The notes under the pieces are model-generated. The model was given only the letters and a program-made list of their open reading frames with translations. It was not told the DNA's origin and searched no databases. From positions 2,701 through 66,700 of IMG/VR virus record IMGVR_UViG_3300009545_000023: DNA of 64,000 nt. One strand, given 5' to 3'. Numbering within the stretch: the stretch's first letter is position 1; every line of letters begins with the position of its first letter. Source of the DNA: a virus. Shown piece by piece: positions 9,702 through 19,760 of this stretch. The position numbers and the translations under genes are program-made.

Positions 9702-11348
9702 TTAAAACTTAGCCTTTCTCTCGTCGCCCTCAAGTTCGAGTTCCCATTTGTTTTTCGTGCGCGGCTTTACAGCGGCTTCCGGCCTGGTGCGGAGCGCATA
9801 GCGGATCATGTCACCAACAAGGTGATCCCACGGGCCTTCCGCCATGTCTTCAGACTTCACTTTGCTGAATTGCGCCATTGGGAACAGTCGGATAACGTCG
9901 GCGTTGTAGCCCTTCCAGATGCGCAGGACCGGCTTCTTGTCGGAACACACCTGCTTTAGTGCGGCACGAACCACGGAGAAACCCGCCTGACGGTTGTTGT
10001 CAGCGGGTGCGCAGGATAACCCGGCGCGATGGTACGCCTCTATATTCGCTTCGCCAACAAAACCGGGCTTATTACGGGCGTGCGGCTTGTTCCACATCGT
10101 CGGGTCGCAAGCGATAGGACAATCGTCTTTATCGACTCCCCAGCGTTCGAGGAGATCACATATCTTCTCTGCCTGTTCGTCGTCCTCCAGCCGTGTCACC
10201 TGAAACGACTCGATCAGATGCACCGCACCAATCTCGTCACAGGCGAAGAGTCCGAACGCTTGCGGATCGCGCCAACCCCAGTCATTACCGGCGAAGTAGT
10301 TCCACCATTTCGGCGGTCGCTTGCCCTCAACGGGTTGATAGAGCGGTGCGATACAATGGCGATCTGCACTAAACTCGCTATAGAAGGTTGTGCCCAGTCC
10401 GGTACGATGCTGACATTCACGCTCGAACGAGACCGCGCCAAACTTGTTTAGCTCAAATTCACAGACTTCGAGATCCTTACCGGCCCAAGTCGGCGTACCA
10501 CCGGTGATCTCGAAGACTTCCTGCCCGCGCTCATTGATGTACTTTTCGTATTTCAGGTCAACAACGGCGGGTATCTTCTCCGTTGGAAAGCGGTCAAGCA
10601 ATATGCCGTTCTCACCCGATAGCGTCTGCGCCATCACGGAGTACGAATGAATCTCGTTTTGGACGAAGATCACCGCGCAATCATCAGAGCCAGCCGGGAG
10701 AACTGTCTGGGATACGGTCTCGGTCTTCTTGGCGGCGGCTTCGATGCTATCGTGACGGTCGTCTATGTCGTCAAGGACGATAATATCGGGCCGCAGCTCG
10801 TCCAGCTTGACACCGCGAGTACCGCCGTTCAGACCGAAGGCAAGAACGTTAAAACCGTTCGCGGCGCGTAGCTGGGTACCGTTCCATCCTCGTGCAAAGC
10901 CATACTTGCCCATGGCGCGTTCAACACCCATGCGCTCCATCTGTACCCCGATGGCCTGTACGTGCCTGTCTGCTGCCTCCTGAGTACCCGATACATAGAG
11001 TACGAATCGCCGGTTGGCAGTCGCGCACAGTCGGCAGATATTGGTTTCTACCGTTGTCGATTTACCGTGACCTCGGCTCCAGCATTCGATCAGTGCCGGA
11101 TGATGAACACCGGGTTGCAGTGCTTCGAACCACTCCCAAACCCGCGTATGATGCGGTGCGAGCGGTTTATCAACGACACCACCGCCGTACCGCTCTCGCC
11201 ATTCCTGCCAGGTTAGATCCCCGCTCGGCAATCGTGTCGCCGGTTTCGCACCGATGGCGTTTTCCGGGTCAAGACTCTTGGCGAGATTCAATAGCCAGGT
11301 CGTTAAGGCGTCTTGCTGCGGCGGCAAGATCGACAGGGTTGCGGACAT
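9702..11348 (-). CDS. terL: Terminase large subunit
   Basis: Walker A SRGHGKST, Walker B IIVLDD, RNase H-like nuclease GNDWG...DH..DMIRY. Confidence 0.95.
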   Translation of the reverse strand: MSATLSILPPQQDALTTWLLNLAKSLDPENAIGAKPATRLPSGDLTWQEWRERYGGGVVDKPLAPHHTRVWEWFEALQPGVHHPALIECWSRGHGKSTTVETNICRLCATANRRFVLYVSGTQEAADRHVQAIGVQMERMGVERAMGKYGFARGWNGTQLRAANGFNVLAFGLNGGTRGVKLDELRPDIIVLDDIDDRHDSIEAAAKKTETVSQTVLPAGSDDCAVIFVQNEIHSYSVMAQTLSGENGILLDRFPTEKIPAVVDLKYEKYINERGQEVFEITGGTPTWAGKDLEVCEFELNKFGAVSFERECQHRTGLGTTFYSEFSADRHCIAPLYQPVEGKRPPKWWNYFAGNDWGWRDPQAFGLFACDEIGAVHLIESFQVTRLEDDEQAEKICDLLERWGVDKDDCPIACDPTMWNKPHARNKPGFVGEANIEAYHRAGLSCAPADNNRQAGFSVVRAALKQVCSDKKPVLRIWKGYNADVIRLFPMAQFSKVKSEDMAEGPWDHLVGDMIRYALRTRPEAAVKPRTKNKWELELEGDERKAKF

Positions 11349-11958
11349 ACGTCTTTAGAAGTTCAGAAATCACACCGAAGAGGACGGCGACCCGCTCGGC
11401 ACTGATAGAGGTAGCAGCGGCAAAATCGCGCTTGGTTTGGGAGTCCGCGCATTTACGGCGCTGCTCGGTCGTCTCACGGATCTCCTGCCACACCTTGAAG
11501 TTCGAGCCACCCTGCGAGATGATCAGGCCCAGCGATTCGACTGCATTGTCAGTATCGCGGGTTCTGTCAGCGGGTTCACCGTGCCCGCTGCGCTCCCTGT
11601 AGATGGCGGGTCCAATCTCATTCCATGCGTCGGATAGTGCTTCCCACAGTTCGCCACTCTCTCCATGGTCTACCTGTTCGAGGAGGTCATCAATCCGCGC
11701 ATCCATAAGCGCGATATTGCGTTTACTCTCAACAAGAAGCGGATCTCGCAGGTACTCATGGTATTTCTCCTGCATCCGTGCAGGGAGCGATGTGCTGTAG
11801 CGGCCATGTTTGAAGCGAGGAGATGCAACACCGATACGAGCGTTGCCGCTGTGCATTCGGCACTTACCACCGGATTGGGCCGGGTTGCGGCACGGATCGC
11901 CATTACGCGTTTTAGCGCCACATGCCTTGCTGATATTGTTCAGAGGTGCGGTTTGCAT
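11269..11958 (-). CDS. terS: Terminase small subunit (HGGxSTG-like Zn motif)
   Basis: CGAKTRNGDPCRNP...CRMH..., KHGRYS; directly upstream of terL. Confidence 0.75.
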   Translation of the reverse strand: MQTAPLNNISKACGAKTRNGDPCRNPAQSGGKCRMHSGNARIGVASPRFKHGRYSTSLPARMQEKYHEYLRDPLLVESKRNIALMDARIDDLLEQVDHGESGELWEALSDAWNEIGPAIYRERSGHGEPADRTRDTDNAVESLGLIISQGGSNFKVWQEIRETTEQRRKCADSQTKRDFAAATSISAERVAVLFGVISELLKTYVRNPVDLAAAARRLNDLAIESRQES

Positions 11959-12026
11959 GGGGTAGTCCCATTTGCATGGGGTATCAGTGCGTGCGCTCTA
12001 TCCAGTCCCATCGGATCGGCGGCTTT

Positions 12027-12236
12027 TTACTTACTGGCATCGCTCACCACGGGTGCAGGAATCTCATCGGTGTGCATGACATGCCATCGTTCGGCATGGA
12101 GTCGCACGTCTTGCGTCATCAGGTGAAAGTACGGTTTGAGTTGGTGAAGTTCGGCGAGCGTCGTCAGCATCAGATCATGCACAGTCCAGGCCCGCGCCTT
12201 CTGTTCGAGTTCTTGGGTTGTCATTTCGTTATCCAC
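12027..12236 (-). CDS. Hypothetical protein
   Basis: 69 aa ORF in operon orientation. Confidence 0.45.
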   Translation of the reverse strand: MDNEMTTQELEQKARAWTVHDLMLTTLAELHQLKPYFHLMTQDVRLHAERWHVMHTDEIPAPVVSDASK

Positions 12237-12337
12237 TCGTCGCCACCAAAGCCGCCACGATCAAACTGACGAAGGAAAGCACGATCAACCCGATCAGAAC
12301 CGCGATGCAGCCAGAGCCGGGAAGTTCGCGCATTTCA

Positions 12338-12730
12338 TTAACTCAGCGGTTGAATGTTAAAGAACCCTGTTTTGTTGTCCCGTTCGACAGAGAGCGGCAC
12401 ACGACCATAAGCGGTTCCCACCTCGTCACGTCGGTTCGGGCACTTGTAGTCATAATCCCAATCACGACGCGCTACCTGGATATAAGCGGTTCCTGTAGCT
12501 CGGGCGCATTCCTTCTTCTCGGAGTCGAATGGTCGCACATCGGGAAGAGAGCGGGAACGACTCTTTACCATCGCTCTGCGCTGGGTGGCTGCGCTGGGAC
12601 TAAGTGCCATTTTAGGGAGTATCACAATCTGCGGAAGATCCGCCTGGAAAGTGACAGCTTTAGCCGGTGCGTTTTGAATGCGGGGAGACAGCGCGGTTAA
12701 CGCTGTCACAAAGTTACGAGGGATATACAC
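12338..12730 (-). CDS. Hypothetical protein
   Basis: 130 aa, GGAGAG RBS-like sequence before GTG. Confidence 0.45.
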   Translation of the reverse strand: MYIPRNFVTALTALSPRIQNAPAKAVTFQADLPQIVILPKMALSPSAATQRRAMVKSRSRSLPDVRPFDSEKKECARATGTAYIQVARRDWDYDYKCPNRRDEVGTAYGRVPLSVERDNKTGFFNIQPLS

Positions 12731-12996
12731 CTCTCCATTCGGTCACGGCGGGCAGTTCGCTTTACGCGTCTGTGCGGCCTGTCAGGATGGTTCCCCATCG
12801 GTCGGCAACCGAGCCTTATTATTGCGATCTCAGAGAACCCCGGCAGGCATCGCGTGTACCATGAAGACTCAGCCGACGCTTACCTGCCGGTTGCTCCACG
12901 ACGGAGAGAGAAAGGAGATCACATCTCGAATCTACCGCATCTTCTGTGCGTTTGTTAGCCGCTCAAACTTACGATGTCGGAATCCTACAAAAATAC

Positions 12997-13251
12997 CTAT
13001 ATCGACGGGTCAATGGCAGACGCGAAGTACGCTCCGAACCGCTCTACGACACGCAGGATGGTGCGTTCATCCATCTTTACTTGTTGCTTTGCCCTGACCG
13101 CTGATCGATGCTTCAGCCATGCGGCCAGAAGTCGAAGCTCATCGGATGTCGGCGGGCAAACTCCCTGCGGAAATCGAATCGTGATGGTGATTTGCCGTCC
13201 GTTCTCTTCCCTCTGCGTCGGTTGCTGAATCATCGGCCCTGTTGGTGTCAT
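12997..13251 (-). CDS. Hypothetical protein
   Basis: 84 aa, TAATG coupling. Confidence 0.5.
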   Translation of the reverse strand: MTPTGPMIQQPTQREENGRQITITIRFPQGVCPPTSDELRLLAAWLKHRSAVRAKQQVKMDERTILRVVERFGAYFASAIDPSI

Positions 13252-13583
13252 TACGGTTGCTCGCTCTCTATCCGTCCATTATGGTGAAGCGGTCGAAACA
13301 ACTTATCCTCAACGTCCTGTGAACGCGGGCTATTCTGCAAACTGCGCGATATTAGCCACGCCTCAGCCAGCATAACAACCTCTCTCCTGCTCACCTCGCC
13401 GAATGTCTCATAGATGCGCTCTATAGCATTACACAGGTAGTAATTCAGGCTGCGGTCTAAGCGGAACTCCTCTAGCGGTCGGTGTTCTAGGTTCACAGTT
13501 CCATACCGCGCATAGAAATGCTCACGGGTAAAGTTAATTAACGCATGGAACTCCTGCAATGGAATCGACTTTTTGTCGCTCAT
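13251..13583 (-). CDS. Hypothetical protein
   Basis: 110 aa coupled ORF. Confidence 0.55.
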   Translation of the reverse strand: MSDKKSIPLQEFHALINFTREHFYARYGTVNLEHRPLEEFRLDRSLNYYLCNAIERIYETFGEVSRREVVMLAEAWLISRSLQNSPRSQDVEDKLFRPLHHNGRIESEQP

Positions 13584-14155
13584 CCTCGCCCCTCGCCTTC
13601 CTCTGACCCAAACACCGGATTGGTCAGTCGTCCTGCCTCATTGTTCAGCATATCGAAAGCCGACGCAGGTACAAACTCCTCACCGCTCGCGATTCGGATT
13701 TCGATGTTTTGCCGTTCGATTTCCGCCGCCTGACTCGCCACCGTTTCGAGCAGGGTGTCTCTCTGCTGCCGTGCGGTGTTCCGTTCGGCTTTTACCTCGA
13801 TCGCTTTTTGGTGCCAGCTATCCCGTGAGTCGGCATTCCAAAACGCTTCTGTCTCAAGGCGATTTATGCGCTGATTCTTTACCTCCAACTGTCGTTCCAG
13901 TTCAGCGATGCGCTCCCGTGCCTCCTCAAACGCCTTGAGGGTGCCTGTCATGACCGCCGCGTTTCCCGCCATCATCGCGAGTGTCTGCGGCTTGTCGAGG
14001 TCAAACTCTTCTTCCTGCACGCCGACATTGTGAATCGTGAGCGTTTGCGTCGGCGTCTTCATGAGGATAGTCTGCGGCTCAATCGCCGGGTCAATCGTGA
14101 CCTTCGGGAAACCGATCTGTGCCAAACTACCGCCATACTCGTCAATGTTAGCCAT
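13580..14155 (-). CDS. Coiled-coil hypothetical protein
   Basis: Probable start MANIDEY (14155) with GAGG RBS; ORF-track extension to 14389 overlaps another gene. Confidence 0.6.
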   Translation of the reverse strand: MANIDEYGGSLAQIGFPKVTIDPAIEPQTILMKTPTQTLTIHNVGVQEEEFDLDKPQTLAMMAGNAAVMTGTLKAFEEARERIAELERQLEVKNQRINRLETEAFWNADSRDSWHQKAIEVKAERNTARQQRDTLLETVASQAAEIERQNIEIRIASGEEFVPASAFDMLNNEAGRLTNPVFGSEEGEGRG

Positions 14156-14399
14156 CTGTTTGAGTCCTCGCTTCGTGAAAAATACAACCGAAACTATGCT
14201 GTGTACGGATCTCGGTAATATCAGCGGCGTCCGATGCGTTGATTTTGAACGACCGCTCCAAAGCATAGGCACTCCATCGTGTGTGAACACTGTCGTTGAA
14301 ATCATCACTGTCGCAAACCCCTCGCGCCCGACTTCCGACCCGCGCTTTCTCTCGCCAGAATCGGCACGTCTCGCAGGTTGGCTTGTCATTCGGTGCCAT
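14148..14399 (-). CDS. Small Cys-rich protein
   Basis: CETCRFW...GVC...FGCIFH. Confidence 0.6.
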   Translation of the reverse strand: MAPNDKPTCETCRFWREKARVGSRARGVCDSDDFNDSVHTRWSAYALERSFKINASDAADITEIRTQHSFGCIFHEARTQTDG

Positions 14400-14634
14400 C
14401 TTTACACCCCTCCCTTATTTGCTGCCGTTTATGCGCAATCCATGGTCCTTGTTTTGCATCCGGGTATCCGGCAGAAAAACCGTTTTCAATATCAACGGCT
14501 TGCTCAAAAGTGACGGAATTACCAAACGGCAGGATCAGCCAATCGCGCCAAATGTTGAACCATTGGTCATCGCCGACAATTTGCCAGCCGCGCTCCGTGA
14601 GCATCAGTTCAAGGTTCGTGTCATTCTGCGCCAT
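14386..14634 (-). CDS. Hypothetical protein
   Basis: 82 aa, GGAGG RBS. Confidence 0.55.
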   Translation of the reverse strand: MAQNDTNLELMLTERGWQIVGDDQWFNIWRDWLILPFGNSVTFEQAVDIENGFSAGYPDAKQGPWIAHKRQQIREGCKDGTE

Positions 14635-15490
14635 CGGTTTTGCCCTCCTGAATTACCGGGAAGTCAAAACCCTTTTCACGCCATGCCTGCGCCTCTTCTT
14701 CAGGCGTCATGTCATGCCACAGGACCGGTAACACATCGCGTCGCGGCTCCTTCAGCGATTTGTTCTCGGCTTTCAACTGCTCGTTCTCTGCCCTGAGTCG
14801 GTCGCGCTCTACCCGCAATTCGTCAGTGCCACGTTCGTATCGAACTACTTGATTGCGCAACGATACCAGTTCCTCAACCGCCTCTTTCGCGTGTCGTTGG
14901 GAGGTATGTAACTCCTGCCGCAGGACATGGTTCTCTGCTAAAGCGCATTCTCTCTCGACTCCCATTTCGTCGGTACACTGCACCATCAACCGATTAGCAG
15001 ACCGAAAAAACAGCGCGTTACGGAATGACTCGTTTAGCAAATCGCAGATAGATACAGCATCCTCGGAACTTGGAACCAACCCGATATGAACCAATGTCCC
15101 GCGCTCAAAAATCTGCACATCACCATCAAAATCACGGTAGCCATATCGCCCATGGACTGTCATTGAGTCCAGGTGGTATCGATCGTAATCAGCGAGTCGA
15201 TCCGGGCTAACGCGGATAATCTCAACGACTTTCGATTCGCCATTTTTGCTACCTTCCCGCCGATTTTGACTTTCGTCTTTTGGCTGAATTACCGAGGTCT
15301 CCGGTTCCGCAGGGTATTCTGGTGCCACCGGAACCCCTTCCGCGTCTCTCCGTGGCAAGGAATCACCTTCCTGCGGCATCTCCGCATTGGGCGACGGGTC
15401 GTAAAAGTCGCCAATTCCCGCGCCAATGATGCCCGGTTCCTCAACGTCAAGTTTTGACGCCAACCATTCCGGTGTGATTTTCAGGTTCAT
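14621..15490 (-). CDS. Hypothetical protein with C-terminal coiled coil
   Basis: 289 aa coupled ORF. Confidence 0.6.
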   Translation of the reverse strand: MNLKITPEWLASKLDVEEPGIIGAGIGDFYDPSPNAEMPQEGDSLPRRDAEGVPVAPEYPAEPETSVIQPKDESQNRREGSKNGESKVVEIIRVSPDRLADYDRYHLDSMTVHGRYGYRDFDGDVQIFERGTLVHIGLVPSSEDAVSICDLLNESFRNALFFRSANRLMVQCTDEMGVERECALAENHVLRQELHTSQRHAKEAVEELVSLRNQVVRYERGTDELRVERDRLRAENEQLKAENKSLKEPRRDVLPVLWHDMTPEEEAQAWREKGFDFPVIQEGKTDGAE

Positions 15491-15855
15491 CGTTTCCGCC
15501 CTCTCTGTTTCGCCCGCTGCTTTGATTCGTTTTTCTGAAAGGTTGGTCGGTTCAGCGGTTGGACGGTGAGCGAGGACATTCGCGCCATCTCTTCGCGTCT
15601 ATGACCTTGACTGTCAAACTCATGGATAACTTTATCGACCTTCCCGAACATCGCCCGCTCCGCTGACCGCAAAGCATCAGCCATATCCCTCTCGCGCTCC
15701 ATCTTGGCAATCTGCGAGGTATCCGGTAGAGGCATCGCCGCCATCATTTCGCCCATTCGCACACTCAACAATCCCATACCAAGGCAATGCAGCAACGAAT
15801 CGCTGTGACCGATCACTGCGCGCTTTGGTTGTTCTTCCTGCTCGTTGTCTTTCAT
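15487..15855 (-). CDS. Hypothetical protein
   Basis: Probable start MKDNEQ. Confidence 0.5.
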   Translation of the reverse strand: MKDNEQEEQPKRAVIGHSDSLLHCLGMGLLSVRMGEMMAAMPLPDTSQIAKMERERDMADALRSAERAMFGKVDKVIHEFDSQGHRREEMARMSSLTVQPLNRPTFQKNESKQRAKQRGRKR

Positions 15856-15857
15856 CT

Positions 15858-16346
15858 TCACCCTTCCTCCTTCGCCGCTGCATTTTGTTGCGGTCGGCAC
15901 AAATGCAGTGCCATCAGTTCGCACAGCCCGCGATACGTCCAACCCGGCAGGATGTGCGGCTCGGTAAACATCGCGCTTAGTTGCTGGAACTCGTAATCTG
16001 TTTCGTACATACCGAGAATGAGAAGTGCGTCCACCACGGCATCAATATCCCATTCCTCTTCCCGTGGCATCGGGTCTACCATGTCCGGCAATCCACCAAA
16101 GACGGTGCGCTCTCGCCAGTCCAGTAACACGAACAGGAGCGAAGCAAGACACGGGTCAATGATTAACCATCGGATCTCTTCACGGTCGAACCTCTCACTG
16201 ATCTGGTCCATGTAGGCAATATCGCCACTGACACACCGACCGACCGATCGGGCTTCGTTGCAGTGACCGTGATAGCCGCTGTATCGCCGCGTTGCTGAGT
16301 CAAGAAGTTCCGCCGATATTCTGTCCCGTGCGCTTTGGGTTAGCAT
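15858..16346 (-). CDS. Hypothetical protein
   Basis: Probable start MLTQSAR right after the dnaB stop. Confidence 0.5.
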   Translation of the reverse strand: MLTQSARDRISAELLDSATRRYSGYHGHCNEARSVGRCVSGDIAYMDQISERFDREEIRWLIIDPCLASLLFVLLDWRERTVFGGLPDMVDPMPREEEWDIDAVVDALLILGMYETDYEFQQLSAMFTEPHILPGWTYRGLCELMALHLCRPQQNAAAKEEG

Positions 16347-16347
16347 C

Positions 16348-17712
16348 TCAGGACTCCACGAACCGCGTCTGTGACGGGTAATACACCAGGTCGAACATTC
16401 CTTCCGACCCGTGGCGGCACTTGGCAATATTGGCTTTGTAGTACAGGCCGTTGCCGTTTGCATCGGGCACGTCCTTTGCCTCCTGTTGCCGCTCCAGAAT
16501 TATCAACACGCTTGCATCTTCCTTGATTTTTCGCGATTGCTTTACGAGTCCATCGTCGTTCAGTTGCGAAAGCGCGATGACCGGGATACCCAGGCTTTTA
16601 GCGGTGCGCTTGAGTCCGGCGACGATCGCGTTGATCTCTTCCACGGGCGATTGTGCCCGGTGATATCGCGAGGGTGTCACGATCTGCGTGTAATCCACGA
16701 TCACAAAATCGCACTTGTCTTTGAACCGCTCGGCGCGGCAGTAGGACGCGATATCATCGACAGTGACGGACTCCTCGTCGTGCAAATGCAACGGCAATCC
16801 GCGCAGAGTCTCGAAAGCATCGCGCAGATTTCCCCAGGACTCCGCACTGAGCGACCGGGAGGCAAACTCATCGTGACGGACACCTGCGGCACCGAACATT
16901 AGGCGGTCCATGATCTCTTCCTGCATCATTTCGATCGAGAAGATGTGACCGACCGCTGGGCGTCCGTCCGGTTTCTTGTTCAGGAGGGAAAGGTTTTTGC
17001 CGATCTGGAGCGCAAGGGCAGATTTACCCTTGCCAGATTGCGCGGCCAGGATAACCAGGTGCCCCGGCCCGAAACCACGAGTCATGCGGTTTATGGTGAA
17101 AAAACCGGTATCCATCCATTGCAGCGCGTCGTCTCGCTGATTGGCGTACTCTTCCTGCATTCGCTCCCAGTGCGCCGGGAGGATATCGGCCAGGGCGGTC
17201 GGGCGCGTGTCTTTCGAGTTGCCAACACGCAGAGAGAGCGCATCGGCTTGCATCTCGGCGATGATATCGGCGGCGCGGCGCGGTGTTGTTGCGTTGCCTT
17301 CGGCCTGTTGCTGACAGATGGCCTTGTATCGCTCGGCTATCTCAGCGATACGGTACAGAGCCGCATTATTGGCTATCTCCTCGGCATGGAGTGTGTAGTT
17401 CTGCCGTGACTCTACCGGCTCGGCAGAGATCGCAACCAGAGTGCGCTGTGCGGCAGACGTGGCGCTCTCGCCAGCCGCGAACGTGAACCGTGACAGGGCA
17501 GCAGTTAACTTCTCACGCATCGCTGTCATGGTCGGTGCCCGCCCTTCCACCACGAGGTCATGGACGACCTTGTAGGCTTCCGCAAAGCACGGATCGGCGA
17601 AGTCTTGCGGCGTGACGATCTGCGCTACCTGCGAGGCGACAAACAGACGGTTCGGTGCCTCAGTGCGGATAATCGCTGCGATGACGGCCCGCTCGGAACC
17701 GGATGCGCTCAC
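16348..17712 (-). CDS. dnaB: Replicative DNA helicase, DnaB family
   Basis: LAAQSGKGKS Walker A, FSIEM, VIVDY, LSQLN, IAKCRHG. Confidence 0.95.
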   Translation of the reverse strand: MSASGSERAVIAAIIRTEAPNRLFVASQVAQIVTPQDFADPCFAEAYKVVHDLVVEGRAPTMTAMREKLTAALSRFTFAAGESATSAAQRTLVAISAEPVESRQNYTLHAEEIANNAALYRIAEIAERYKAICQQQAEGNATTPRRAADIIAEMQADALSLRVGNSKDTRPTALADILPAHWERMQEEYANQRDDALQWMDTGFFTINRMTRGFGPGHLVILAAQSGKGKSALALQIGKNLSLLNKKPDGRPAVGHIFSIEMMQEEIMDRLMFGAAGVRHDEFASRSLSAESWGNLRDAFETLRGLPLHLHDEESVTVDDIASYCRAERFKDKCDFVIVDYTQIVTPSRYHRAQSPVEEINAIVAGLKRTAKSLGIPVIALSQLNDDGLVKQSRKIKEDASVLIILERQQEAKDVPDANGNGLYYKANIAKCRHGSEGMFDLVYYPSQTRFVES

Positions 17713-18959
17713 TGGAGATACGCCCCCTTCGGATCACGGGTAATTGATGCACCAGACGGCAGACGCGGCAGACGAGTAGCGGTAATGCGTGGCGAGGTAT
17801 CAGCGCCCACTGTGACAGGGATCTGGTAGATACTCGCCTCGGTCGGCGGCGCGTCGTCCTCGTCGGACTGCTCTTGCCCGGTGAGATACGACGGCAGACG
17901 GTCGAGACCGGGGCGGAACTTGACTAGCTCATCCTCAAAACCACCGGGGCCGGTGATGTACCAAACCTCCTTGCCCTCCTCACGCAGTCGATCCATCGGA
18001 TAGCCGGGATACGGCACCTTCGCGAAGTTCTGGAACATCGGGAGCGGCCTGCCGTTGATGATCGGCGGTTGCTGTGCCTTGATGCGCTCCAGCCGGGACA
18101 TCTGCCCGTCAAACCGCTGATTGTTCAGCCAGTCCTTGACGGCCCTCTCGTCACGGTAGTCCGGCACCGGCACGGAAGAGGGGGGCGCGGCGGAACTTGG
18201 GGGGGTGTTGGTCTGGTTGCGCTTGAGGCACGATCTCAGTTCAAGTTTCCTCTGAAGGTCATTGAACCAGGTAAATTCCCAGTTAAGTTTCGTAGCGTTG
18301 CTTGCCTGAGAGAGCCAGTGGTGTACAAAGGCTTCGATAGCCACGGGCATATCGATTTCCGGGTACCGTGCCTCCATCTTCGCCAATGCTTCCGGTGACG
18401 GTTGCCAATCGGCAGGTATGCGTGTACCTCGCTTACTCTTTGGCTCGGAGGGAATATCCTCCTTTCCGGGGAGAGACGGCGCGTTAGCGTCGATATCTGC
18501 GTCGTCAAGATCGGCTTCGTAACTCCCTGCACCCTCTCTCTCTTCTTTCTCTGTATCTACTTCTGCATCTGTATCTGTATGGTTGGGCGTCCGTTGTAAC
18601 GGGCGTTGAACGGGCGTTGAACGGGCGTTCGTTCTAGCGGCAACGGATGCTTGTCCAGCGGCCTTAGCCTGTTCACTTTTGGCCCGAAACTTGGCTAATT
18701 CGATTTCAATGCGCTTATGGGTCCAGGTTTGACCATCGTCAATGAAAAATTCTGCAAGCGTCGCTCGAATCTCGTTCCACTGTTCGTTGGACATCCGTAC
18801 AACGTTCGCTAAGCGTCCGTTGTCACTGGGGAGTGCTTTGCCGCGTTGCCAGTAGGTCATTATGAGGAGCATATACGCTCCATGCTCCAGCGTGGACAGG
18901 TGTGCGGCATCAGCCATGTAATCAGCGATATAGAGGGGCATATAGGGGACAGCGGGCAT
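17709..18959 (-). CDS. Phage replication initiator (YdaU/DUF1376 N-terminal domain)
   Basis: YMPLYIADYMAD..HLSTLEHGAYMLL...W; GTRIPADW.P C-terminal region; coupled to dnaB. Confidence 0.85.
   Translation of the reverse strand: MPAVPYMPLYIADYMADAAHLSTLEHGAYMLLIMTYWQRGKALPSDNGRLANVVRMSNEQWNEIRATLAEFFIDDGQTWTHKRIEIELAKFRAKSEQAKAAGQASVAARTNARSTPVQRPLQRTPNHTDTDAEVDTEKEEREGAGSYEADLDDADIDANAPSLPGKEDIPSEPKSKRGTRIPADWQPSPEALAKMEARYPEIDMPVAIEAFVHHWLSQASNATKLNWEFTWFNDLQRKLELRSCLKRNQTNTPPSSAAPPSSVPVPDYRDERAVKDWLNNQRFDGQMSRLERIKAQQPPIINGRPLPMFQNFAKVPYPGYPMDRLREEGKEVWYITGPGGFEDELVKFRPGLDRLPSYLTGQEQSDEDDAPPTEASIYQIPVTVGADTSPRITATRLPRLPSGASITRDPKGAYLQ
18598..18630 (+). repeat. Three tandem 11-bp repeats AACGGGCGTT(G/C); candidate iterons of the lytic origin
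   Basis: Copies start at 18598, 18609 and 18620 inside the initiator gene. Confidence 0.6.
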
Positions 18960-19088
18960 ATTTTTACCTGCAACCTTTTTGTCTAAAGCGTGTCTGATTT
19001 CCGTTACAGTATTATACCATTCCTGTTATGGTGCGCTATAACGAATCGACCATTTTTGTGATATACTATTTATGGGTAGGCTAAACTA

Positions 19089-19361
19089 ATGTACAATCCC
19101 GATGTGTTCATTTCGCATTTTGATAAACTGCTGCTCAAAAAGAGCGCGCTAGTTGGCCGTCGTCTCTCGCTGCGGGATGTAGCGGCAGGCGCGAAAATCT
19201 CTCTAGTGACTGTCCATAAAGCGAGTCGCGGCCCGCTTGACACACTCTCCCTAGCCTCGGTAAAGTCACTGTGCGCGTACTTTGAGGTCAAGCGACTAAC
19301 CGATCTCATCGAATGGCAGCCCGATCCACCGACCGACGAAAAAGCGGACAAGGCGGAATGA
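19089..19361 (+). CDS. XRE/Cro-like HTH regulator
   Basis: LSLRDVAAGAKISLVTVHK...LCAYFEV..LTDLIE; lone plus-strand gene. Confidence 0.8.
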   Translation: MYNPDVFISHFDKLLLKKSALVGRRLSLRDVAAGAKISLVTVHKASRGPLDTLSLASVKSLCAYFEVKRLTDLIEWQPDPPTDEKADKAE

Positions 19362-19364
19362 GGG

Positions 19365-19760
19365 TCAGCGCGTCCCTCCCATGAATCCCAAGCCGAGAAT
19401 GCAGTACCCTTCCATCAGACCGAACGCGGGACCATCCAATCGGTAGGTGATGATTCGATGGCATTCGCGCCCGCTGTAGGTGTCTGTCGCCGGATCGTAT
19501 TCCACGAGGTGCAGGACGTTACCGACATTGAAGGGACGATCGGCCTTGCGCAACTCGAATGGCTTCTCGCCTGTCCGAACCGCTTCGAAATATTCCGGCC
19601 ATGTTTTAAGCGTGTGCGTCATCGGCGTCATCTGCTCCCTCTGTCTTTTCGCATCCTCGGTGATTTTTTTCTTGATCCATTCCGGGCACCGTTCGGCGGC
19701 GGCTTCGACTTTGCGCCACATCTCAGCAGCGGCCTTCTTGTCGTAGTGAAGTTTGCTCAT
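19365..19760 (-). CDS. DUF3850/ASCH-PUA domain protein
   Basis: HTLKTWPEYFEAVRTGEKPFELRKADRPFNVG..L.L.EY. Confidence 0.85.
   Translation of the reverse strand: MSKLHYDKKAAAEMWRKVEAAAERCPEWIKKKITEDAKRQREQMTPMTHTLKTWPEYFEAVRTGEKPFELRKADRPFNVGNVLHLVEYDPATDTYSGRECHRIITYRLDGPAFGLMEGYCILGLGFMGGTR

Noticed and set aside
174-12700. Numerous plus-strand ORFs over the late genes (e.g. 10892-11602, 6685-7263)
   Set aside because: Antisense shadows of well-supported minus-strand genes in GC-rich DNA.
12840-12890. GGCAGG(C/T) motifs outside the array as orphan guides
   Set aside because: No GGY-NN periodicity follows; they form an inverted repeat instead.
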